Source of the DNA: a virus
IMG/VR virus record: IMGVR_UViG_3300020139_000001
Span: 13,757-77,756 of that record
Length of the DNA: 64,000 nucleotides
Reading direction: 5' to 3' (one strand)
The position numbers were made by a program, and so were the translations under genes. The notes below the pieces were generated by a model. It was not told where the DNA came from and did no database searches. It saw only the letters and a list, made by a program, of their open reading frames with translations. This document shows positions 29,558 through 39,827 of the stretch, piece by piece. The stretch's first letter is position 1; every line of letters begins with the position of its first letter.

Positions 29558-29866
29558 TCAATATTCTCCTCCTGTAAGACTCAGTCCAGTGTTGAGACTA
29601 GTAGTTAGTATAAAACTGTTGGTACTAGACTCGACTTTAATGTAGTTTATGTAGATGGGAGTTGTACTAAACCTATCCCATCTAAACTCGTTTTCGTTAC
29701 AATCGAAGGTTTGACTCCAAACACCTTTTAGAGCTAAGGTTACGATGAAGGGGGGAGTGCATTGAACGCTAACAAACAGACGCAGTTCTGACAAGTTATG
29801 GTCTACTCCTGTAGGTAACGACTCAACTCGGGGATACCAAATAAACCAGCTAGGAAACGTAGACAT
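29558..29866 (-). CDS. Hypothetical protein
   Basis: GGAGGTG SD, 102 aa. Confidence 0.55.
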   Translation of the reverse strand: MSTFPSWFIWYPRVESLPTGVDHNLSELRLFVSVQCTPPFIVTLALKGVWSQTFDCNENEFRWDRFSTTPIYINYIKVESSTNSFILTTSLNTGLSLTGGEY

Positions 29867-29870
29867 TACT

Positions 29871-30008
29871 TTACACCTCCACAGAATCGGTTGATGCTAC
29901 CTTCCAACTGACTCTAAAGAATGGGTACTTACTACCAAGCCCCCTAAACTTACTTGCATGCATCTTTCTAGTAATGAAAACAGGTGGAGAACTCAGTTGT
30001 AGGTGCAT
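29871..30008 (-). CDS. Small hypothetical protein (45 aa)
   Basis: GAGGAG SD before ATG 30008; the longer ORF-track version overlaps the tube gene. Confidence 0.4.
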   Translation of the reverse strand: MHLQLSSPPVFITRKMHASKFRGLGSKYPFFRVSWKVASTDSVEV

Positions 30009-30029
30009 ACGATTGGTGCTCCTCTTAGT

Positions 30030-30054
30030 TTGTTCACTGTTATTTCTCGAACAA
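30030..30054. promoter_or_regulatory. Back-to-back divergent GAACAA motifs
   Basis: TTGTTC 30030-30035 and GAACAA 30049-30054, exactly at the strand switch of the structural genes. Confidence 0.55.
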
Positions 30055-30090
30055 AAAACTGATGTTACCAAGAAGCTACTGAGGTGAGAT

Positions 30091-30765
30091 ATGGCAAACG
30101 TTTTCAATAGTGTCCTACGGTCTCCTATCACAAAAGATGGAACTTATGAGTGGGATCCACTCATAAGTGGTTACTTCTTCTTCCAATTTGTAAGAGTACC
30201 CAGAGCATTGGAGGATCAAAGTGCTCTCTTCGTAAAGCAGTCGATCGCTTTGTGTACAGCAATCACGCTACCGGATGTAAACATAGGTACTGTTGAGAGG
30301 ATCGGTTTAGGTGGTGTCAAGACAGTAGTACCCACCGCATTGGACCAAACGACCACCTTCGAATTCAGGTTCATTGAAGTAGTGAGAAGTGATGCTTCTC
30401 CACCACTAATACAATACTTCGCAATGTGGCATAACTCGATCAGAAACCACTTCGCTGGAGTAGCTGATGCGGAGAAAGCTGCAACAATGAACTCCTATAA
30501 AGCTACATCTGTCTTTATCGCTGTAGATCCTGCTGTGAGTACACTCGCTTTTGGCGTCAAGCTCTTTGGAGTATGGCCTACCATACTACCATATAGCGGA
30601 TACACTGCGGATGTGGCCACCAACGATGTTGTTGAGTTCACCCAAACACTCTCAGTAGATAGAGCAGTACAAGTAACACTAGAGGATCCGGACACAAATG
30701 CACTCTTCACGTACGTAAAAGCACAGATCGATCAGTATAGAGGATCTGTACCGTTCACGAAGTAA
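30091..30765 (+). CDS. Tail tube protein (gp19-like)
   Basis: AITLPDV, FEFRFIE, LFGVWPT, VEFTQTLSVDR. Confidence 0.8.
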   Translation: MANVFNSVLRSPITKDGTYEWDPLISGYFFFQFVRVPRALEDQSALFVKQSIALCTAITLPDVNIGTVERIGLGGVKTVVPTALDQTTTFEFRFIEVVRSDASPPLIQYFAMWHNSIRNHFAGVADAEKAATMNSYKATSVFIAVDPAVSTLAFGVKLFGVWPTILPYSGYTADVATNDVVEFTQTLSVDRAVQVTLEDPDTNALFTYVKAQIDQYRGSVPFTK

Positions 30766-30788
30766 AATACTCATACTAAGAGAGGACG

Positions 30789-33176
30789 ATGCTAACTAGA
30801 TATGCGTCCACTTATCCTGAGATTTTGGATCTGGTTCGGAGGGAGTTGTCAAAACAATTAGGTATTGAAGTCTCCCCCGACAGAATCTCTTTTCTAGGAA
30901 ACTATTTGCACATACTCTCGGTATTGACCGAGGATATACTCTTTTACGTGCAAATGCTCTCTAATGAATCCTTCCTGTCTAGAGCTCTCCTCACATCCTC
31001 TATTCTTGAACATGCAAAGAGCTTGGGATACTTGCCTAAGGCTGTAGTACCTGCACGAGGATCACTCACACTATACATAAACCTGACACATTTTGATAGG
31101 TTAAGTTTACGTCCTACCACCTTAAGATTTGTAGGCAAAGATCCACTAGTAGTGTACACTAGTGATGGACAATTGTCACTGACGTTGAACATAGGTAGGG
31201 GCATTAGGAGTGCATCTCTTACAACAGATATTGGTACACAAGAATGTACTTCTTTCTTCACTACAGTTACTACACCACAAAAGACATTCCCTGCTTGGGG
31301 TATAATAGTACCAGTAAAGCAAGCGATCACTCATACTATTACTTATGTACTCTCAGAGGCAGACGTTGAGGGCACCAAAGTACCTACTATTGAGATACCT
31401 CTTCACAACTATTTCTCGTCCGAAGAAGTAGAAAGATACCAAATTGGAGATGTAAGAGTATCTGTAGATGGAATAGCCTACACGCCATATGACAGTTTGT
31501 TTTCCATTCCTAGAGGAGCTACAGGTTGTGTCCTTTCGGTAGAGACTACTCGAGTTCTTGTGTACTTAGGAAATGGCATATTTGGAAAGAAGGAGAAAGC
31601 TGGCTCCGTAGTAACGATCTCTATCTCTGCTTCTCTAGGTAGTAAAGGAGATGTACCTGCTAATGAGCTCACACTTGCCGAGCCACTGAGAGATAATTAT
31701 ACTGGAAGCGTACTCGATGTGTATGTTAGTCATAGTTCTATCGGTGGTGGACAAGATGGGGAGACTCCTAATGAAGTAAGAAACAACACAATCCGATCGC
31801 TTAGATCAAGAGATAGGTTAGTTACATTGAGTGACTTTCTGGATGTGACAAGACTGGTAGCTGCCCCATGGTTAGATGTGCTACCCATAGTAAAACAGGC
31901 TGACATTAGTGTTAACGATACAAAACTTTACATAGTGCCTACTTTGGGGAACACACCATGTCTAGTGAACAGCATATCCAAGTCTTGGTCTCCTATTCCT
32001 AGTCCAAACACCATTCTAGTACCACAAGAATCCACCCTTGTGGACACTAATGGTAACCAATGGATATCCCCCTTTGAAATAGTGCTAGTATCACCTATAA
32101 CAGATTACTACAGCGTAGAGTATCGTTACACATCTGACTTACAAATTTTGACACCTGTGATTAGATCACAAACACTGCATTCACAAGATAACATAACTTC
32201 TGCGAAAGTGGATACCATGCAGTGGAGTTTCACACCAAGTACATCAACTCTGACCAATCAATTATCGTTAAGTGTGACTTCCTCGAGCCCCTTGGATACA
32301 AGTAATTTCCTAACTCATTTCAAAGTCATTAGCATAGTTAGGAACACACTTACTTTGGAAGAGATAGTAACTAACACGTGGACAGTCGAATCTGTAACTC
32401 CCCAACAAGGTAAGTACCTTGTCGTATTGAAGACAACTCATAGTAGTGACATTTTCAACACTAACACCTATACACAAACAATTGACATCTCCGCTACTGT
32501 GAACTCTATTGAGGAGACTGTGTACAGAGGTTATGTGACCTCCTTCCGGCTGAAACAGAACCTTAGTGAATGTTTCACTACTAGCGTAGAGCAAAGTGGA
32601 AATACAATTACTCTGTACGAAGTGCCAGTAGTGGAAAAATCTTACTTTAACGCAAATAAAAACGAAATTTACACCCAGATCATTCCTACTCTACTCTCTT
32701 ACTTGGGTCAGATACAATCTCGGAGAATGCTGACTAATAAAGTGTCTCTTGCGTTTGCAAAGACTGTTGGACCTATCGTGAACCCCCTCTACAATTCAAG
32801 TGGGTCTAAGGTGTACTATACGGGATGTACAAACGTAGGAACGCTCCCACTAGTACTCGATGTTGATGTTGTTGTTGAGAGCGGAGTGGATCCAGATGAG
32901 GTAGTCAACCAAATAAGGGAAAAACTAACTACTTGGACAAACGAAGCTAGAGGCATACATAGGAATTACACTCCGGAAGAAGTATACGCTCTACTGAGAG
33001 ACATACCACATGTACTCAAATTGAGAGTGAATTCTCCTTCTACTCCTATCATTTATGACTTCTCTCTCTCAACACTTCAACCACAAGATGTGAAAACTCT
33101 CGTACCAGAGTACATCTGGTTTGATCCCCAAGCCATAAAGATAACCTTAGTGGATCAAATTGAAGTGCAATGCTGA
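30789..33176 (+). CDS. Baseplate wedge gp6/J-like protein
   Basis: NESFLSRA..SILEHAKSLGY.P, LGNGIFGK, GGQDGET, DRLVTLSDF. Confidence 0.88.
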   Translation: MLTRYASTYPEILDLVRRELSKQLGIEVSPDRISFLGNYLHILSVLTEDILFYVQMLSNESFLSRALLTSSILEHAKSLGYLPKAVVPARGSLTLYINLTHFDRLSLRPTTLRFVGKDPLVVYTSDGQLSLTLNIGRGIRSASLTTDIGTQECTSFFTTVTTPQKTFPAWGIIVPVKQAITHTITYVLSEADVEGTKVPTIEIPLHNYFSSEEVERYQIGDVRVSVDGIAYTPYDSLFSIPRGATGCVLSVETTRVLVYLGNGIFGKKEKAGSVVTISISASLGSKGDVPANELTLAEPLRDNYTGSVLDVYVSHSSIGGGQDGETPNEVRNNTIRSLRSRDRLVTLSDFLDVTRLVAAPWLDVLPIVKQADISVNDTKLYIVPTLGNTPCLVNSISKSWSPIPSPNTILVPQESTLVDTNGNQWISPFEIVLVSPITDYYSVEYRYTSDLQILTPVIRSQTLHSQDNITSAKVDTMQWSFTPSTSTLTNQLSLSVTSSSPLDTSNFLTHFKVISIVRNTLTLEEIVTNTWTVESVTPQQGKYLVVLKTTHSSDIFNTNTYTQTIDISATVNSIEETVYRGYVTSFRLKQNLSECFTTSVEQSGNTITLYEVPVVEKSYFNANKNEIYTQIIPTLLSYLGQIQSRRMLTNKVSLAFAKTVGPIVNPLYNSSGSKVYYTGCTNVGTLPLVLDVDVVVESGVDPDEVVNQIREKLTTWTNEARGIHRNYTPEEVYALLRDIPHVLKLRVNSPSTPIIYDFSLSTLQPQDVKTLVPEYIWFDPQAIKITLVDQIEVQC

Positions 33177-34225
33177 TTGATGATTGCCAGTTATCACTTC
33201 TGAGACAATGTTATGCCTACAATATTGTGGGTGTATATGTTGAAGACTTCAAGAGCCCCTCTTGTGTAGGCTATTTTGAGAGCGTGGGAACATACACCGA
33301 AGGATTTGATGGGATCGAGAGTTTCGGATATGTTCCTGGAGATACGCTAGCAGGCTCTCAATACTTCATCTACGAGCAAGCAAATAGAGCCTATATCTCA
33401 GTGAAGGATGTTACTTGGGGTCCTTCCGTAATGCTTACGGAAGGTGTACGTCCCAGAATTTCTACTTTTGAGGACAAACTTAGTGTCCTCGTTCGGAGTA
33501 CAGACAATGTAATCGAACTGTTAATGTTACCCTCTGAGATAGCATATAGTCCTCTAGGAGTACAGCTTTGGTCATGTACTACTGTAAGTTGTAAAAGTGC
33601 AGGAGTGTACCAAGGACACTGGACAAGTTGCACAGGATCTAAAGGAGACGTACGCAAACAGATTGATGGCAATTATGCCTCATTTAACTATGACGAACGT
33701 GGTGTCGTACCTGTAGTGACTATTAGTTGGGGTGCAGGTAAAGCTAGCGTTACTTGGAGTGACGTAACTGTCGATGGTTGGAATAGAACCTATCTCGTAT
33801 ATCTGAATGATGTGCTTGTGAGTGAACAGACTAGCACGAGTTGGCTCACCGATGAGGTCACAACCAATGACAAGATTTATGTGAGAGTGAAGATATGGAA
33901 GAGGTTCGATAGTTTCGGAGATGTAGTGCTAATTGGATGTGCAAGCAACGAGTTGATTTACGATGAAGTGAAGATAGCAAGGATGGATGCTTACTCTGTC
34001 GACTCCGAGACTAGTGGGGTCCCTACTTATGTAAACTTTCAGATATCGACCCCTTCCTCATCTGACTCAACGATGTCCACTTCAAGCAGTGTTATGAGTG
34101 AAGGTGTGCACTTTGTACACTTCTACACACGAGAGACATTCCACTCAGAGAACAGCAATAGACATGATAGTTTTGTTAACAAAGATATAGATTATGTGAG
34201 TTTCTTTCCTTCGCAATTGATGTAA
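33170..34225 (+). CDS. Probable baseplate/fibre-associated protein
   Basis: Beta-rich, Fn3-like segment, coupled to gp6. Confidence 0.55.
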   Translation: MLIDDCQLSLLRQCYAYNIVGVYVEDFKSPSCVGYFESVGTYTEGFDGIESFGYVPGDTLAGSQYFIYEQANRAYISVKDVTWGPSVMLTEGVRPRISTFEDKLSVLVRSTDNVIELLMLPSEIAYSPLGVQLWSCTTVSCKSAGVYQGHWTSCTGSKGDVRKQIDGNYASFNYDERGVVPVVTISWGAGKASVTWSDVTVDGWNRTYLVYLNDVLVSEQTSTSWLTDEVTTNDKIYVRVKIWKRFDSFGDVVLIGCASNELIYDEVKIARMDAYSVDSETSGVPTYVNFQISTPSSSDSTMSTSSSVMSEGVHFVHFYTRETFHSENSNRHDSFVNKDIDYVSFFPSQLM

Positions 34226-34240
34226 AGGAGGTGAAAGAGA

Positions 34241-37200
34241 ATGCTTGAGATAGTGAGTTTAGGTGGAGCTGGTAGAAAGTTATTTAAAGGAGAATATGTT
34301 ATTGAGGTAGTAGATAGTAAAAGTGGATTAATAAAGGATGTTAGGAGAGGGAGTAATTTATGGTTGGATAATGGAAGTAGGCTTTGTGTTGGTTCTGGGT
34401 CTGCTCCTTCTACTATTTATGTGTGTATAGCAAATACAGCTAATGAGCCTTCGTATACTGATGTGAATGTCCCAGGTGTGATAGCAGGTGTTGGTGCAAC
34501 GAGAACTTATCAAACAGCGGAGAATTATAAGAGACATCAGTTTGTGGCAAGCTTTTCACCACCAGCAAATGATAGAACTATAAATGCTGTAGGATTGGCA
34601 CTGAGCAGTAATGGAAATAATGCGTATTGTTGGACTAAGTTAATAGAGCCTGTTGTGCAAACTCCACAAGATACGCTATATGTGTATTACTTTGTTTATG
34701 TAAATCCGCCCCTCAGTGTAGGGTTTGGAAGTAATAGTTATGATGACTTAGCTACATATATATTTGGGCTTAATAGAATTGTTTATCTTGTGCACTCGAC
34801 TGCATCGGTTGATGGTGTGCTGGATGAGGTTATTAATGCAACAGGTAGAGAATCAGTATCTTCATCATTAACACTTGTAGGAAATAAGTATAAAAAGTGG
34901 TTTTATGGAAATGTCGGTAGTTCAGCTAATTTAGGAACTCACTTAGGTCAGTGGAAAACTTATTGGTTGTCAAATCAATATTTTTATGATACAAATCACA
35001 CTCTTGCGAGAGGTTTTGGCAGAGACTTTCTTGGAAGGGTATGGGCTAAAGCAAAATCATCTACAACAGAGTTTTTTGATTCAGCAAATCTTCCTACAGG
35101 TTGGGGTAGAGCTGTAGAAGTTAGACCTGCAGGAGGTGGTGATTATAATAGTGGCTTGGATTACAGTGGTTATGGTGCTATTGATGTAATGATAGAGGGA
35201 GATGGAGCTGTTGGTGAAGCTACATATAAGTTGGTTTATCGTTTACCTTCGCAGTATATACTTATAAATAACATATGGTTTACAGCTTCTGGGGAATTGA
35301 AGAATATTTGTGGTAGAGATTGGTTAGTGTGTAGGTATAGTAGCACTTACTTAGTGAATAAGCAAACTCATGGTTATGTTGTTGTTAGTAATAGTGGAGA
35401 GGATTTCTGTGGTCAGATAGGAAATGTTTTAATAACAAGAGGTCTTTTTAGTAGTTCAGCCAGCATGACTTTTGATAGGGTTATTAAGTATGAGTTTACT
35501 GATGTAAACAATATTAATAAGTTCAACAGAACAGAAATGCCCTTAGGTGTTTCAACTACTATTGGTTTTCTTGTCGGAAATGAGTTTTACTTCTGGACTG
35601 GTAGTAAGTTTAGAGTCCTGAATGTTGATACTGGGGTTATAACTGATAGCTGGATAGATGGAAATAATGTTTTCTTAACAGGAAGTAATAGTTGGGGATG
35701 TTATGATGAGGAAAAGGATTGGATTATATTTGTAGACCAGGGGGTAGGTGGATGGAGGGTATTTCACAGGCTGGGAGATGATGTTAATAATTTTACAGGA
35801 GTAACGGATTTTTCAACTACTGTGGTAAAAGATTGGTGGGAGGCTGATAGAGGAAATGCTAATGGAAGATTTTGGCAAGAGGGAGATGGTTTATTGAATT
35901 TGCAGACAAGCACTGGTAATATAACAGGAACAACTTGGACTCCTTGTGCTTTGTTACAGAAGGTTTTAAGTGGTCAGTTTGAAGTTACTATGTGTATAGA
36001 GAGTTTTAATCCTACAGTGAATTACCAAGAGATTGGTTTGGTAGTAAGGAATTATGGAACTACTTTTGGGGCACATAAGAGAATTGGATTGCGGTATAAT
36101 GGTGGTAAAAAGTTAGAGGTTATTAGTAATAGCGGAGGAGGAAGTAGTGCTATTGAAGGTTCAGTTGCATTTACTGGAACTTATGTAAGGTTTAAGATTA
36201 CAAGAGATGCAAATAATGTAATCAGGTGTTTTTATTCTACAGATCCTATAACAACGCCTGATAATTTAGCTACTTGGACTTTGTTGGGAAATCAGACATA
36301 TACTTTAGCAGGTGATGTGCTTGTTGGAATAGAAGCTCAGACAGGTGGAGGGGGAACTGTTGCTATTGGACAAGTGAGGGAGTTCAGAATAAATAACGGT
36401 TTTATTGATAAGAGGAGAAATTATATTAGAAGTGTAGAGGATAGTGTTACAGCAAACTGGTTTAATAAGCATGATGGTAAGTATGGTTTAATAGGAGTAG
36501 GGAATTTTGGTTACTATTTTAGGTCTTTGAATAAGCTGACCCAGATTGATAAGAATGATTTTAGTGTTATTACACAGAGTAGTGTAACTCCTATAGGTGG
36601 TTCTAATATCAATGGAATACAGGTAAGAAAAGTTGGTGTTGATAAGGATGTGATATTGGGAATTAGTGTTAATGGATTTGCTGAGTATGCTACTTTAAGA
36701 GAGGAATTTGCTATTAACAATGTTGAGTTTGTATCTTTGGTAAGTAAAAGCAGTTATTATTTGAATCAGTGGCCATTTTTATCTGAGAATGGTAATAGCA
36801 AAGTCTGGAATGGTTATATAACTCCTATTGAAGTGAGTTTCGGTTGGGATGGGAGTAATTGGGTGCCTGGACATCCAGGAGAAAGACCTACGCATTCTGA
36901 TTGGCAACCACTGCCGTTTGGAAACATAGAGATAAGGTTTTTGAATAATCCCAATAATCCAGGAACTACATTCAGTGGTAATGATAAATATTCTTTCTGG
37001 TATTGTAAGGATGGTATTATCAAAGATAATCAGCAGTATTTGACTAATGTTGGAGTAGCTTTGTATTATTGTGATGTGAGAGAAGCGAATGAGACTTACA
37101 CAAATGTACCTCTCACGTGGACTTTGACCTCGAAAGCAGATAACACTAGCCTTTGGCTCACTACAGACTTTGATTGGCAATGGAGCTTCTACTTCAAAAG

Positions 37201-37609
37201 TGGTGGGGATTATGCTTATTGGAATGATGTAACTAGTACTTTCGTTGTGAACACAATAGAGAATACAACAGTGTTCACAACAGACGATCCCAACATACAC
37301 TGGGTGTACAACTACTACAAAGGAATGTATGTTGAATTCACTTCAGGAGACAATACAGGACTGAGAAGAAAAATCGTAGAATATGACGGCTATCACAAGA
37401 AGTTCACTATAGAGAGTGCTTCCCCTAATCCAATACAGGTAGGAGACACTTTCAAAGTAGTCACTCCTGCACAAGCAACCAAAGTAGCTTCCATAAGCAA
37501 TCCTAACCAGTTTGTAGTTAACGAGGGGGAAGGCACAATAACAATACACGCTAGTGATGTCGGTAAAGATGTAGAGATGAAGTACCTATACCTGCTCAGG
37601 AGTTGGTAA
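34241..37609 (+). CDS. Tail fibre / receptor-binding protein with ConA-like lectin domain
   Basis: N-terminal collar-like domain resembling 21169-21660; DUF1349-like GQFEVT..EIGLVV..FKITR..FYSTD..VLVGI. Confidence 0.7.
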   Translation: MLEIVSLGGAGRKLFKGEYVIEVVDSKSGLIKDVRRGSNLWLDNGSRLCVGSGSAPSTIYVCIANTANEPSYTDVNVPGVIAGVGATRTYQTAENYKRHQFVASFSPPANDRTINAVGLALSSNGNNAYCWTKLIEPVVQTPQDTLYVYYFVYVNPPLSVGFGSNSYDDLATYIFGLNRIVYLVHSTASVDGVLDEVINATGRESVSSSLTLVGNKYKKWFYGNVGSSANLGTHLGQWKTYWLSNQYFYDTNHTLARGFGRDFLGRVWAKAKSSTTEFFDSANLPTGWGRAVEVRPAGGGDYNSGLDYSGYGAIDVMIEGDGAVGEATYKLVYRLPSQYILINNIWFTASGELKNICGRDWLVCRYSSTYLVNKQTHGYVVVSNSGEDFCGQIGNVLITRGLFSSSASMTFDRVIKYEFTDVNNINKFNRTEMPLGVSTTIGFLVGNEFYFWTGSKFRVLNVDTGVITDSWIDGNNVFLTGSNSWGCYDEEKDWIIFVDQGVGGWRVFHRLGDDVNNFTGVTDFSTTVVKDWWEADRGNANGRFWQEGDGLLNLQTSTGNITGTTWTPCALLQKVLSGQFEVTMCIESFNPTVNYQEIGLVVRNYGTTFGAHKRIGLRYNGGKKLEVISNSGGGSSAIEGSVAFTGTYVRFKITRDANNVIRCFYSTDPITTPDNLATWTLLGNQTYTLAGDVLVGIEAQTGGGGTVAIGQVREFRINNGFIDKRRNYIRSVEDSVTANWFNKHDGKYGLIGVGNFGYYFRSLNKLTQIDKNDFSVITQSSVTPIGGSNINGIQVRKVGVDKDVILGISVNGFAEYATLREEFAINNVEFVSLVSKSSYYLNQWPFLSENGNSKVWNGYITPIEVSFGWDGSNWVPGHPGERPTHSDWQPLPFGNIEIRFLNNPNNPGTTFSGNDKYSFWYCKDGIIKDNQQYLTNVGVALYYCDVREANETYTNVPLTWTLTSKADNTSLWLTTDFDWQWSFYFKSGGDYAYWNDVTSTFVVNTIENTTVFTTDDPNIHWVYNYYKGMYVEFTSGDNTGLRRKIVEYDGYHKKFTIESASPNPIQVGDTFKVVTPAQATKVASISNPNQFVVNEGEGTITIHASDVGKDVEMKYLYLLRSW

Positions 37610-38169
37610 TGGATTGGTATAGGAGTACTTGTCCTGGAGACTGGCAAGACTACTGTAGGCTATCACACTACTATGTCTATCTCTATGCTGTTGATATTGA
37701 CTTGTTATTAGCAGTTAAACCACAACTGAGATTCGATCCGGAGAGTCGTACAATCTTCCACTTTCCACTGTCACAGAATGCCCCATGCAAAGGAATAGAT
37801 GCCCTAGAGAAAACAACTACAAAAGTGATAGTAGTTGCAAGTGGAAACTACGAAATACACTTATACACTTTCGAGCTTGAGGAGTACGGAGGAGTCCTAG
37901 AGAGAGTTACGGAGGAACCATTCATAGGAAAGCATCCCAGATTGTTCTCACATAGTGATGGTACCCTCTTACTAATGTATACAGACATGTACAACGCTCG
38001 TAGGTTTGTACTACTGAACAATGGGGGAGTACCTCAGACACAATATATGACATTCCGAAAGCTTACACAAACGCTAGCTAGTTACCATGAGTACATAAGA
38101 GGTGGAGTCCCACTAATGGAGTTCATTCAGACTATGGACTATTGGCAAAATGTAGGAGAGTATATATGA
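37603..38169 (+). CDS. Hypothetical protein
   Basis: Overlaps flanking genes as in an operon. Confidence 0.6.
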   Translation: MVMDWYRSTCPGDWQDYCRLSHYYVYLYAVDIDLLLAVKPQLRFDPESRTIFHFPLSQNAPCKGIDALEKTTTKVIVVASGNYEIHLYTFELEEYGGVLERVTEEPFIGKHPRLFSHSDGTLLLMYTDMYNARRFVLLNNGGVPQTQYMTFRKLTQTLASYHEYIRGGVPLMEFIQTMDYWQNVGEYI

Positions 38170-38939
38170 ATCCAGGATGCAGATCAATCTCAGAAGTCGT
38201 AGACTTACCAAATTGGTCTACATATGTGGATCCTAGTGACAAAATAACTGTGTCATTCGATTATGAGCAATTGAATATAGGGTTGATAAGTAACGATGGT
38301 GGCAAAGTAGTATTCTATCCTAAATGGGACTCTCCTAGTGTATCTCCATTAATGTGGCAATGGGGATACCAGATGCTGTTCTCATTCCAAGTCCACTCTC
38401 TTGAGCCATCTAGTGATGGACTACTAGAAGATTATGGTTACATAGGTATGGGTACAATAATACCGTCTTCTTACTCTACACCAAGTCAACCACTAAGTGG
38501 AGATATATTCGTAGGTTGTATGTTTATGCAGTTACGTGGTTTTAATGAAACTGTTAGGTGGACACTATGTCATAGGATACTAAGAGATAGAGAGTTGTTA
38601 ATAACAGAGTTGTGGGATCAGATAACAGACATTCGTTGGTTTGGAGAGGTGTACACGTTTGCAGACGATCCTTGGGTCATAGAGGATAACCTCACCGAGT
38701 ATCTTCCAAGCATAAGGATCGTATATGATAGGATAATGGGTGGGCGTACAGTTATGTTAGTACAATATGGTGAGTCTCAAACACAAGCAAAATCACTCTA
38801 TGTAAACGCTAATGATGATATCAGCACTCCTACAGTCTTGCCCTTCATAATTGCACTCAATGGAGGGAATGTAGGACACACTTGGTGTGTCAGCATAGAT
38901 AATCTAGTATTGGAGGCTTATAGATGCGCAAGTCCGTAG
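38166..38939 (+). CDS. Hypothetical (beta-sandwich) protein
   Basis: AGGAG SD before ATG 38166. Confidence 0.6.
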   Translation: MNPGCRSISEVVDLPNWSTYVDPSDKITVSFDYEQLNIGLISNDGGKVVFYPKWDSPSVSPLMWQWGYQMLFSFQVHSLEPSSDGLLEDYGYIGMGTIIPSSYSTPSQPLSGDIFVGCMFMQLRGFNETVRWTLCHRILRDRELLITELWDQITDIRWFGEVYTFADDPWVIEDNLTEYLPSIRIVYDRIMGGRTVMLVQYGESQTQAKSLYVNANDDISTPTVLPFIIALNGGNVGHTWCVSIDNLVLEAYRCASP

Positions 38940-39430
38940 TACTGCCGATAAAGAAACTACATATAGGGGACATATTGTTAACGTCCACTAGACATATCAT
39001 AAGTAAGGTAATTGAATGGTGGACTATCAGCAGATGGTCTCATGTAGGTGTATATGTAGGAGATGGACTTGTCATAGAAGCTACTTTTCCTAGAGTAAGG
39101 AAAGTACCTGTATCTACGTTCTTGAAAGGCTGTACTGAGGTTTGCGTGTTAAGACACATACAGTGGGATACATTAGAGGATGTACAAAGGAAGTCTTTTT
39201 TAGAGTTCCTAGAGTCCAAAGTTGGGAAGCCCTATGACATCAGAGGATTGCTGTCGTTCGTATGTAGGAGAAGTATTCAGAATAAGAGTGGGTACTTCTG
39301 TAGTGAGTTGGTAAGCGAGGCATTCTCAAGTATTGGTATACCAATCGAAAGAAAAAGGCCTTCTTGGACAACACCTGAAGACATACACTCTAGTTTGATA
39401 TTAGATGTAGTAATGGTGAGGAGGATATAA
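38924..39430 (+). CDS. Permuted papain-like amidase (YiiX/YebB, NlpC/P60)
   Basis: GDILL, WSHVGVY, VIEA, GKPYD, FCSELV, TPED. Confidence 0.9.
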   Translation: MRKSVVLPIKKLHIGDILLTSTRHIISKVIEWWTISRWSHVGVYVGDGLVIEATFPRVRKVPVSTFLKGCTEVCVLRHIQWDTLEDVQRKSFLEFLESKVGKPYDIRGLLSFVCRRSIQNKSGYFCSELVSEAFSSIGIPIERKRPSWTTPEDIHSSLILDVVMVRRI

Positions 39431-39432
39431 GG

Positions 39433-39765
39433 ATGCTTACAAAAACAGATATTGTTAAAGTGTTGACATCAGATGAGTTTAGTGCTCTCCTTACGAAAGT
39501 TTACGCAGACGAAACTCTATCAACAGTATGGAAGTACTATGACACGTTTGAGGGCTTGGTGGAAGAGAAACTAAGGAACTTGATCATGGAAGTATGTCCT
39601 GATTGGGGACTGAGAACACAAACGGTGACGTACTATGAGGTTCCATTAGAGAGGCCACTTTCACAAATTTTGGAAGAGGTTGCACGAAGCTATGGAGGAT
39701 GTTGTAGTTACGTCGCCGAGATCAACTACGTAAGAAACGTAGTGAAAATTGCAGTTGTTTCTTAA
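39433..39765 (+). CDS. Hypothetical protein
   Basis: GGAGG SD, 110 aa. Confidence 0.6.
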   Translation: MLTKTDIVKVLTSDEFSALLTKVYADETLSTVWKYYDTFEGLVEEKLRNLIMEVCPDWGLRTQTVTYYEVPLERPLSQILEEVARSYGGCCSYVAEINYVRNVVKIAVVS

Positions 39766-39768
39766 AAA

Positions 39769-39808
39769 CAAAACTCTTAAGTGGGCCTACGCCCACTTAA
39801 GAGTTTTG
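39769..39808. terminator. Bidirectional terminator (18-bp perfect stem)
   Basis: CAAAACTCTTAAGTGGGC-CTAC-reverse complement, between convergent units. Confidence 0.85.
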
Positions 39809-39827
39809 CTCTTATTTCTTACTGTGC

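Noticed and set aside
17765-33176. Bacterial contractile injection system (eCIS/T6SS/tailocin)
   Set aside because: The tail genes are embedded among phage replication genes with no host housekeeping genes, so a phage genome is the simpler explanation.
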